A DNA stretch of 64,000 bases from Rhodobacterales bacterium RIFCSPHIGHO2_02_FULL_62_130. Lineage in GTDB: Bacteria > Pseudomonadota > Alphaproteobacteria > Rhodobacterales > Rhodobacteraceae. The translations under genes were made by a program, and so were the position numbers. The stretch spans positions 753 to 64,752 of the forward strand of contig MHZT01000043.1 in assembly GCA_001828855.1 (NCBI GenBank), written 5' to 3'. The number at the start of each line of letters is the position of its first letter. The first letter of the stretch is position 1. Under the pieces are notes generated by a model. It did no database searches. It was not told the DNA's origin and worked only from the letters and a program-made list of their open reading frames with translations. This document shows positions 55,793 through 63,371 of the stretch, piece after piece.

Positions 55793-56190
55793 TGCGCATC
55801 TTTAGCCACCTTTGCCGCTGGACTGCCGAGCGGTGCCGGTTGATCGGTCGCACCGATCTGGTCGCGCGGGTCAGCCCCCGGCATCCATCACCGGACCAGC
55901 TCCAGACGGGGTCACTGGTCGTCGTGCGTGATGGCACCCTCGATAAATGGGCCTGTTTCCGCTGTCCGGGAGGGTGCGGCGAGAAGATTCAGCTCTCCCT
56001 GAACCAGGCGCGGCGACCCCGTTGGGCGGTGCGTTTCGACTGGCTGCTGCGGCCGACCATCGAACCCTCAGTGCGCCAGCTCAATGCCTGCCGCTGCCAC
56101 TTCTGGGTCAAGCGGGGCCAAGTCCATTGGTGTCACGATAGCGGTCACCGTCAGGTGCCGAAACGGACCAACGGCGCGTGGGGACGTTGA
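55792..56190 (+). CDS. Cys-rich DUF6527-like protein (putative zinc-binding partner of the Ubl system)
   Basis: ATG 55792 shares one nucleotide with the E1 stop (TGATG). The sequence reads CFRCPGGCGEKIQLSL...PTIEPSV...CRCHFWVKRGQVHWC. Confidence 0.65.
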   Translation: MRIFSHLCRWTAERCRLIGRTDLVARVSPRHPSPDQLQTGSLVVVRDGTLDKWACFRCPGGCGEKIQLSLNQARRPRWAVRFDWLLRPTIEPSVRQLNACRCHFWVKRGQVHWCHDSGHRQVPKRTNGAWGR

Positions 56191-57086
56191 TAGACCCCGA
56201 GAGTGAGCGCCTGGTAGCTGTTGCTGAAACTCTCGAAGCGGAAGACGTGGGCATCGCCATTGTCGTCGGTGAGCACAATTTCGGCTTCGCCGAGCGGACC
56301 GGCCCGACGTGGCTGGCAATAGCCGGAGACGAGCTCGAAAACCTCGACTTCGTCGACCCCGCTGAAGCCGGCGGCAAAGGCCGGCGAGCGCACCAAATGT
56401 TCGCAGGGAGTGGCCGCATCGAAATCGGCCGATCGACGCACCGGGTGCGGATGGTCGGAAATCATGCCGACAATCGGTACAGACGCGCCCCAAGTCTCAA
56501 TAGAGCGCCAAAATGTCGTGGTGTAGGTGTTGCCAAAGACCGGCTTGAGCGCGCGCACGGCTTCGATGGAGGGTGCGTGGTCGCGGGCTTCGACGGTGAA
56601 GCGGTCCCGGAGGAAAAGCAGTCGACTGGCCGCGAAATTGGCTTCGGCCTCAACTTGGTCATGGCAGTTCTGGTTCAGGGTGAAGCGATCGTCGCCGAGC
56701 ATAGCCCCTTCATGCCAGGGGATGATACTGTGGCCGATCTCGTGCGCCTCGTGCCAGCGGTGCTTCAGTTCGGGTTGCGACTGATCGAGCAGAATACGCT
56801 TGTTGTCAGGTAGATAGAGTGCCCGCAAATCGAATTTGGCGACAGCCTCGAAGAAGAGCATAGGACGCCGGATGATCTGCTTGCTCGCCATGCGCATGCG
56901 GCTGATAACCTCATCAGCAAGCGAGGGATCGTCTTTCCGGAAATAGGTCAGATCGAGCGACAGCAGATCGCGGACGACCCGGAGGTCGAGCGGTGGTTCG
57001 GGATTCCCGAGACGCGCCAAGACGCGCTCGACGCGTTCGTCGATTTCCTGCTGTGTTTTGCGTCTCAGGATGTAGTTCCGAGCCAT
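56151..57086 (-). CDS. ImmA/IrrE-like zinc metallopeptidase (second copy)
   Basis: The HExxH motif lies in WHEAHEIGHSIIPWHEG. ATG 57086 is preferred with GGGGAA upstream; the 57092 codon is TTG. Its 3' end overlaps the DUF6527-like gene by 40 bp convergently. Confidence 0.7.
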   Translation of the reverse strand: MARNYILRRKTQQEIDERVERVLARLGNPEPPLDLRVVRDLLSLDLTYFRKDDPSLADEVISRMRMASKQIIRRPMLFFEAVAKFDLRALYLPDNKRILLDQSQPELKHRWHEAHEIGHSIIPWHEGAMLGDDRFTLNQNCHDQVEAEANFAASRLLFLRDRFTVEARDHAPSIEAVRALKPVFGNTYTTTFWRSIETWGASVPIVGMISDHPHPVRRSADFDAATPCEHLVRSPAFAAGFSGVDEVEVFELVSGYCQPRRAGPLGEAEIVLTDDNGDAHVFRFESFSNSYQALTLGVYQRPHAPLVRFGT

Positions 57087-57115
57087 CGTCAATTCCCCAG
57101 GCCGCCGGCCGCCCG

Positions 57116-57610
57116 TTACTTCGCCTTGTCGCGCAGAACGGAAACGAGGCCGTCAAAGGCGGCCTGCTCCTCGGCTGTCAGGGCTGTGATGGCCGTAGAC
57201 CGTGCCGCATAACGGACAGCTTCCTCCATGGCATGTGTGTCCTTCGGCGAAGCCAGCCCCGCCAGCTCCATCAGTCGAGCCTGCGATACATCGAAGACCT
57301 CGGACAGCCGCCAGATCGTGCGCAGCTCCGGCTCGTGACCGCCGTCCTGCTCGATGCTCATCAGCTCGCCGACCTCGATATGGGCGTCATCGGCGAGCTT
57401 TTCGATCGACCAGCCACGCTGGCGACGCGCCATGTTGACAAAGCGGGCGAAGGCCAGACGGGTTTCTTCGCCGCGGAGCCAAAAGGTTTCGTCCGGCACA
57501 TGGGGACGGGCGGAAAGGGGGCCTGCGCCGGGCGTCGACGTCTCATCGAGCGCCGCCCTGGCGAGGGCCCAGTCAGCAGTCGTGCTGTAGGTCATTGCGC
57601 TTCTCCTCAT
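57116..57610 (-). CDS. XRE-family HTH protein (second copy)
   Basis: The HTH region is FVNMARRQRGWSIEKLADDAHIEVGELMSIEQDG. Its start overlaps the GNAT stop (ATGA). Confidence 0.7.
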   Translation of the reverse strand: MRRSAMTYSTTADWALARAALDETSTPGAGPLSARPHVPDETFWLRGEETRLAFARFVNMARRQRGWSIEKLADDAHIEVGELMSIEQDGGHEPELRTIWRLSEVFDVSQARLMELAGLASPKDTHAMEEAVRYAARSTAITALTAEEQAAFDGLVSVLRDKAK

Positions 57611-58230
57611 AAGAACGTCCTGGCTCGCTCCGTCGTGATCTCGAAATAGGGTAGCAGCCCACGATATTCATTCGGATTGGTGCCAAGATTGATGAAGCCG
57701 CAGCGCTCGTAGAAGGTGACCGCCTGCGGCAAGGAATGAAGGCCGACACGACCGTGGAAGCCTTCGTCGAAGCTCCTCTGGATTGCGGTTCGGATTAGCA
57801 CCTGACCAATGCCGCGATAAAGCGGTGGATCGGCATAGGGTTCGTTCCAGTTCCAGGGAGCGATTTCGAGGTAGTCGACATAAACCAGCGGCTTGCCCAT
57901 CTGATCGTCGAGGCGCGCCATGCGGCTCGCCAGATCGAGCCGCATCATGCCCTGGGTCACATCCCGGCATACGACGCTGTAACCCGTGTGGCCGAGCAGT
58001 CCGCGCACTTCGTCGATCTTTGCGCGCCAGTCCCAATGCCAGCTCTGCGGCCAGTCGAGACCCTGCCGGGTTACCCCATTGTCGGCAAGCCGCCGGAGAT
58101 AGCCCTCCAGGGTTCTTCGCCACTGGAATTGCCAATCCAACAGCTGTCGTTCGCCGATCGTATCGAGCAATTCAGCCTCAACTGGCTGCCGTGAGGACAC
58201 ATCAATGATAAAGACGGAATACGATGTCAT
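57607..58230 (-). CDS. GNAT-family N-acetyltransferase
   Basis: ATG 58230 overlaps the RHH stop. The region VYVDYLEIAPWN...YRGIGQVLIRTAIQRSFDEGFHGRVGLHSLPQAVTFYERCGF is acetyl-CoA binding-like. The length is 207 aa. Confidence 0.7.
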   Translation of the reverse strand: MTSYSVFIIDVSSRQPVEAELLDTIGERQLLDWQFQWRRTLEGYLRRLADNGVTRQGLDWPQSWHWDWRAKIDEVRGLLGHTGYSVVCRDVTQGMMRLDLASRMARLDDQMGKPLVYVDYLEIAPWNWNEPYADPPLYRGIGQVLIRTAIQRSFDEGFHGRVGLHSLPQAVTFYERCGFINLGTNPNEYRGLLPYFEITTERARTFL

Positions 58231-58436
58231 AGCATCATGATCTCCGACTTCTCTCTGGTCTGGTCGTCCTCGAAGTATAGCTTGCCGCCACGCTCCACCC
58301 GGGTGTCGATCATCTGGTAAAGTCGCAGCGCCTGCCGCATCAGGCCGGTCTTGCTGAGATCCTTCTTGGCGCACAAGGCCTCTAGGGCGCTCATCTCAGC
58401 CTCCGTGAGGTTGAGCGTCATGGTCTTCTTGCTCAT
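58227..58436 (-). CDS. Ribbon-helix-helix (CopG/Arc-like) protein
   Basis: ATG 58436 is preceded by GAGGA with 5-nt spacing. The sequence MSKKTMTLNLTEAEMSALEALCAKKDLSKTGLMRQALRLY fits a beta-strand, helix, helix pattern. The length is 69 aa. Confidence 0.65.
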   Translation of the reverse strand: MSKKTMTLNLTEAEMSALEALCAKKDLSKTGLMRQALRLYQMIDTRVERGGKLYFEDDQTREKSEIMML

Positions 58437-58460
58437 GTCGATCCTCATTGAACGCATGTT

Positions 58461-58513
58461 TTCTAGCTGTTTCGCATTCATCTGTCAAGTAAAGAATAGC
58501 TAAAACATAGCTA
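58461..58513 (-). promoter_or_regulatory. Promoter TTGACA-17-TAGAAA with ATAGCTA tandem repeats (candidate RHH operator)
   Basis: On the minus strand the -35 is at 58488-58483 and the -10 at 58465-58460. ATAGCTA occurs at 58496-58502 and 58507-58513 (11-bp period). TAGCT at 58464-58468 overlaps the -10. Confidence 0.5.
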
Positions 58514-58595
58514 CTATCTATCGGCCGCAACTGCGTCGGACAATTCAAAGCCCGGCGGGTTTCCGCGCCGGGCCCGAGAGGGGAGACCCCGTTCA

Positions 58596-59000
58596 TCAGA
58601 ACGGGATTTCGTCGTCGCGATCGACCAGTTCGGGAGCATCGCCCTCGGTCGCCTTGGGGCGGCTGAGGAAGTCGACCTTCTCGGCAATGATTTCGCAGCC
58701 GTAGCGGTCGACGCCCGCCGCATCGGTCCACTTCGTGTAGTGGATGCGGCCCTGGACCAGGACCTTCATGCCCTTCTCGCAGTTCTCGGCGACCGACTTG
58801 CCGAGCCCGTTGAAGCATGTGATGCGATGCCATTCGGTGTCCATCACACGGTAGCCGTGCTCGTCGCGGACCGCGCGGTCTTCCGAGAGGCGGGGGCGCG
58901 AGGTGGCGAGGGTGAAGTGGGTGATCTTCGTGCCGCCTTGCGTGGTGCGGGCTTCCGGGGCCTGACCGATGTTGCCGGCGAGGATGACGATGTTCTGCAT
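58596..59000 (-). CDS. ssb: Single-stranded DNA-binding protein (short, mobile-element type)
   Basis: It begins MQNIVILAGNIGQAPEARTTQGGTKITHFTLATS (OB fold) and ends in the acidic tail DRDDEIPF. The length is 134 aa. Confidence 0.9.
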   Translation of the reverse strand: MQNIVILAGNIGQAPEARTTQGGTKITHFTLATSRPRLSEDRAVRDEHGYRVMDTEWHRITCFNGLGKSVAENCEKGMKVLVQGRIHYTKWTDAAGVDRYGCEIIAEKVDFLSRPKATEGDAPELVDRDDEIPF

Positions 59001-59427
59001 GGTGGTTCTCCTAGATTTCGCTGAAGGGACCATCCCTTCGACAAGACCCGTCAGAAGCCTGTCGGGAGACGTCCGCACGGCTGGGCCATGGACCAGACGG
59101 AAACCCCCGAGGGCCCGGGGTGGCGCGGGCAGGACGCTTTGCGGCCAACACGGCCAGGGCAGGAGTTGGGGTTGCGGGCAGGAAACCGAACAGACTTAGG
59201 GGATTGTCAGTCGAAGGGGAGGTGCCTCAGCCGGATCACAGGGGGAGAAACCCAAGCAGACACGCTCAGACCGATCTCCTCCGGCAATGTCAGGCCCAGG
59301 AGGAACCATCCCGGGAATGGAGCATGGGATCACCACGCCCCCTACCCAAGCCCCCTGCCCCGCTCGTCTCCTGCCGCGCGGGCTCGGCACGACTACGCCT
59401 GCGGTATTGAATCAACCGGAGCACCCG

Positions 59428-59748
59428 ATGCCTGATTTCAACCTGGCGGCCATGTCGCTCGCAGAACTGCGCGATTTGCAGAAGTCCGTGGCCAAGGCCA
59501 TTTCCACCTTCGAAGTACGGCAAAAGGCGGAGGCCCGCGAAAAGGTCGAGATGCTCGCCAAAGAGCTCGGCTTCACTCTTGCCGAACTGGCAGGACTGGG
59601 GGAGCCGAAACGCAAGCGGTCGCCCTCGACTAAAACCTTCCGACATCCGGAGAACCCGACCCTCACCTGGTCCGGGCGGGGACGCAAGCCGGGCTGGTTT
59701 GCCGCCCATGTCGATCCAGGCAATAACCCCGATGACCTGCTCGGCTGA
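59428..59748 (+). CDS. H-NS-family nucleoid-associated protein
   Basis: It has an N-terminal coiled coil (MSLAELRDLQKSVAKAISTFEVRQKAEAREK) and a C-terminal DNA-binding loop TWSGRGRKPGW. The length is 106 aa. Confidence 0.8.
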   Translation: MPDFNLAAMSLAELRDLQKSVAKAISTFEVRQKAEAREKVEMLAKELGFTLAELAGLGEPKRKRSPSTKTFRHPENPTLTWSGRGRKPGWFAAHVDPGNNPDDLLG

Positions 59749-60115
59749 ACGCGGGGAACGGGGGCGGTCGGACTACCCCCAAAGATATGCCTCCCCCGTT
59801 TGAAAGAATTGCTGACAACGCGTCGGCGCGGTGTCTATTTCATTCCAGCCGACGGACAACTGAAATGCTTGGAGGGGTGAAGTCTGGCGGCTTCAGAGTG
59901 AGCCTCGGCCCCCAACCAAACTGAAAGGGCGTAAACCAACCGCAGAGCACAACAAATAGCGCAAATCTCACTAGGATGCCTATATCTTGGCACTTTGGGC
60001 GCGCCAGACTCAGACTTGATGTGTGACCCGCCCGTGCGCTCCCTTGCTTTACGCAAAAAAATGGCATATCTTTCCTTCATAACGCAATCACAGAATCGCG
60101 CGAACGGGTGCTCGA

Positions 60116-60817
60116 ATGGCAGACTTCGATTGGAAACATCTTCTGAAACGCGGCCTGATCCTCGCGTTGGAGGATCGGACGCGGGCGGAAACGTTGAAGG
60201 CTTCCCTGCTGGTGCGCGACCATGCTGGGCTGGACAAGAAGCGCGCGCGCGAACTCGAAGGCCAGGCGCGTTTTCGGATGGTGGAGCAAGGCTTCGAAGA
60301 GGTCTGCGTCCTTTTCGGCGGTCAGCCGCTTGTTGGTGGTGTCATCCCGAACAGCAGCCTGAAGATCTTCCAGCCGTTCATGCGGTTCGGCGGTGATGGC
60401 CCGGGTGTCATCTTTGGCCTCGCCGCGATGCCCGAACGCAGCAAGTTGCCGAACAAGAACCGTTCCCGTCTGGCCGGTGTGACGCTGAACTTCAATCTGA
60501 CCCCAAGTTTTGACTTCGACGGCAGCGGCCCGAAGCCCGGGGATATCTTCGTCCTCTTCTTGGTTGCACGTGACCGCGAACAGTCTGGCAAACTGGATGA
60601 GATTGCGATTGGCGTGATTGATGCGATCTACGAGCAGTTTCTGTTTTACGAACGCCTTGACAAGTTCCTTGCTGATGATGCCGATGCCGCTGAACCGGTC
60701 CCCGCTTCGATTGTGTCGCCGTCCGAGACCGGGCTGGTGCGCTTGAAGGCGAAGGTGAAACCGTTTGTCCCCCCCGAGTCGCCGCCGGAGGTGGACGACG
60801 AAACAGGGAAGGCATGA
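60116..60817 (+). CDS. Hypothetical protein (no recognisable family)
   Basis: The length is 233 aa. It is a clean ORF in a lower-GC block, 32 nt upstream of the HTH-ImmA fusion gene. The C-terminal tail is acidic and Pro-rich. Confidence 0.5.
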   Translation: MADFDWKHLLKRGLILALEDRTRAETLKASLLVRDHAGLDKKRARELEGQARFRMVEQGFEEVCVLFGGQPLVGGVIPNSSLKIFQPFMRFGGDGPGVIFGLAAMPERSKLPNKNRSRLAGVTLNFNLTPSFDFDGSGPKPGDIFVLFLVARDREQSGKLDEIAIGVIDAIYEQFLFYERLDKFLADDADAAEPVPASIVSPSETGLVRLKAKVKPFVPPESPPEVDDETGKA

Positions 60818-60849
60818 TCGGTTTCTTGCGATACCGGCGGGAGGATTGA

Positions 60850-62049
60850 ATGCGCGTAGGAACGCCTGGCTTCGTGCCAGAACGCCTAGCGGAAGTGCGG
60901 GCTGCTCGGCGAATTTTGAGCATGAAGGAGCTTGCACAAATGATTGGGGTTTCACCCAGTGCAGTGTCACGCTGGGAAAGCGGCACCCATGCTCCCGATG
61001 CAGAGGCGCTCACCGCCCTGGCGCGTGAACTTCGTGTGCGTAGGGAGTATTTTCTGCGACCTGTCCATACCAGTGAACACCCGATGTTTTCTCGCTCGCT
61101 CTCCAGTGCCCTGAAGCGCGACACGTCGTACCAGGACGGCCAGATGCAGTGGCTGCAGGAGATCTCTGCGGTCTTGCAGCATTATGTGGATTTTCCGGCG
61201 GTCGACATTCCTGATGTCATGAAGGGTCTAGCCTATCGCCAACTGCGTGATGAAGACATCGAGGGCATCGCACAGGAATTGCGATCCCATTGGCGGCTTG
61301 GCCAAGGTCCGATCATCGACATGGTGGCGTTGCTTGAACGAGTCGGCTGTGTGGTTGGCTCCATCGAGATGGGAACGTCGAAGCTGGACGGGCTATGCAG
61401 CTGGTCACTGGGTGACGAACGCCCGCATATCATGCTCGCGACTGACAAGATGTCCCTGCCTCGTCGTCAAATGGACGCCGCACACGAACTTGGTCATGCG
61501 ATCCTGCACAAGGGGGTTAGGCACGAAGAGCTGAAGTCCGATCTCAAAGAGATCGAACGTCAGGCTTTCCGTTTTGCCAGTGCATTCCTAATGCCCGAGA
61601 CGACCTTCGTGCATGAAGTGCAGCATTATTCTTTGGCAGGGCTCCTGTCCGTAAAAGAGCGGTGGCGGGTTTCAGTGAAGGCGCAAATCAGGCGGCTTCT
61701 GGACCTCGAAGTCATCCCGGAGCACTACGGCACGCAGCTCTACAAGAGCTATTCAGCGAACGGCTGGAACAAGGTGGAGCCGCTGGATCGCGAGTGGCCA
61801 GTTCCCGAGCCGGCGGTCTTGCGCAACGCGCTTAGCCTGATCGTCGAATCCGGAACTCGGACCAAGGAAGATTTGCTTGCCGTCGAGTTCACAATGCATC
61901 CAGGCGACATCGAGAACCTGACCGGGCTTCCACCAGGGTGGTTCAACCGGCAAGAAGCTAGCGTTGTCCAACTATCGTTGAAGCAGGATGCCGCGAAGCC
62001 GCATAGTGACGCTCCTGCAGGAGAAGTCGTACCGTTCGCCCGGCGCTGA
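60850..62049 (+). CDS. XRE HTH - ImmA/IrrE metallopeptidase fusion protein
   Basis: The N-terminal HTH is MKELAQMIGVSPSAVSRWESGTHAP. The HExxH motif lies in AAHELGHAILH. GGGAGG lies upstream of ATG 60850. The length is 399 aa. Confidence 0.8.
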   Translation: MRVGTPGFVPERLAEVRAARRILSMKELAQMIGVSPSAVSRWESGTHAPDAEALTALARELRVRREYFLRPVHTSEHPMFSRSLSSALKRDTSYQDGQMQWLQEISAVLQHYVDFPAVDIPDVMKGLAYRQLRDEDIEGIAQELRSHWRLGQGPIIDMVALLERVGCVVGSIEMGTSKLDGLCSWSLGDERPHIMLATDKMSLPRRQMDAAHELGHAILHKGVRHEELKSDLKEIERQAFRFASAFLMPETTFVHEVQHYSLAGLLSVKERWRVSVKAQIRRLLDLEVIPEHYGTQLYKSYSANGWNKVEPLDREWPVPEPAVLRNALSLIVESGTRTKEDLLAVEFTMHPGDIENLTGLPPGWFNRQEASVVQLSLKQDAAKPHSDAPAGEVVPFARR

Positions 62050-62072
62050 TCTTCTAACTGAGAGAAGGGGGC

Positions 62073-63008
62073 TCACGCCCCCTTCTCGAATCTCATGACC
62101 GGGATGCCCAGCTTCTTGGCCTTGTCAGCGAGGTTCTCCTGAATGCCGTTGCCCGGGAAAACGAGGACGCCCACGGGCAGGACATCCAGCATGGCGTCGT
62201 TGCGCTTGAAGGGTGCGGCCTTGGCGTGCTTGGTCCAGTCCGGCTTGAAGGCCACCTGCGTCACGCCCCGGGCATCGGCCCATTTGGCGGCGATGAGTTC
62301 GGCGCCCTTCACGCCACCACCGTGGAGAAGGACCATGTCGGGATACTTGGTCCGGACCTGATCGAGCTTGCCCCAGATCAGGCGGTGATCGTTGAAGTCG
62401 GTCCCACCGGTGAGGGCAACCTTGGGACCAGCGGGGAGCATCACCTCGGTCTCGGCACGACGCTTGGCGGCCAGGAAGTCGCGGCTGTCGATCAGGGCGG
62501 CGGTCAGGTGCTGATGGTTCACCTTTGAGCCGGTGCGGGGCCGCCAGGTCGAGCCTGTGTGGTGCCAGAACTCGGAGGCGGCGTGATCGCGCATCATGTC
62601 CATGCAGTTCCGCCGTTCGGTGAGGGTCAGGCCCTCGGCCGTCAGACGCTCAAGTTCGGTGGATTTCACCTCGGAGCCGTCCTGCTCGCGCTGAAGGCGG
62701 CGCTGCGCCTGCTCATTGTCGTCGAGCGACCGTTCGATCCGGGCGGTGGCGCGGTGGAAGAGGTTGACCTGGCCCCAGAGCACTTCTTCGAGGTCGGGTT
62801 CCATGCGGGTGTCGGCCAGGCTCGCGACGAGGGCGTCGAAGATATCGGCGACGGCACCCCGGAGGCGGTCTGCGTCGGGCATCGGGCGGGGATCGGGCTC
62901 GTCTTCGAAGGGGCGGTAGCCGTAGAGCTGCAGCTCCTCCAGCGCATGGGCCGTCTGGGATGCGGTGTGGGCGGGTTCATACGCGTCGTCGTGGGTGTGG
63001 ATCGTCAT
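62073..63008 (-). CDS. DUF2493/SLOG-domain protein with N-terminal extension
   Basis: The C-terminal region VALTGGTDFNDHRLIWGKLDQVRTKYPDMVLLHGGGVKGAELIAAKWADARGV...FKRND matches the DUF2493 pattern that I recall as common on alphaproteobacterial plasmids and ICEs. Confidence 0.65.
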   Translation of the reverse strand: MTIHTHDDAYEPAHTASQTAHALEELQLYGYRPFEDEPDPRPMPDADRLRGAVADIFDALVASLADTRMEPDLEEVLWGQVNLFHRATARIERSLDDNEQAQRRLQREQDGSEVKSTELERLTAEGLTLTERRNCMDMMRDHAASEFWHHTGSTWRPRTGSKVNHQHLTAALIDSRDFLAAKRRAETEVMLPAGPKVALTGGTDFNDHRLIWGKLDQVRTKYPDMVLLHGGGVKGAELIAAKWADARGVTQVAFKPDWTKHAKAAPFKRNDAMLDVLPVGVLVFPGNGIQENLADKAKKLGIPVMRFEKGA

Positions 63009-63371
63009 CGGTTCTTGCCTCCGGGCCTGTCTGGTCCGCGCGTCATCCCGCGCGGCCTTCATGGGCTGCGGAAGCCGTCACGGGGGACGCCCCTTCACCC
63101 CCTTTCGGGGCCGGAACGCATGTGGAGGAGTACGGGGGGCGGCTGATTTGCTTCGCGATGCAAAGGCGGCTCTGCCGCCGGCGGAAATCAGTCGCTCCCC
63201 GTCCTTGAAGGGGCGGCCTCTTTGACGGCCGCCTGCCCATCTCTTGAAGGCCGCTCGGGGGCCGGGTGGATGAGATTGCCCGGGAAGAGGCAAAAGGCGA
63301 CAATCCACAGCCACGACAGGACTGCAGGACCCCTGCCCCGCTGTCCCCGACCGCCCCCGGCGTGATGCTGC

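Noticed and set aside
57607-58436. I considered calling the RHH + GNAT pair a canonical TacAT/AtaRT-type toxin-antitoxin system.
   Set aside because: The GNAT is longer (207 aa) than I expect for that toxin class. It is also translationally coupled to XRE and ImmA-like genes. The TA assignment is plausible but cannot be supported without profile comparison, so it is reported only as a hypothesis.
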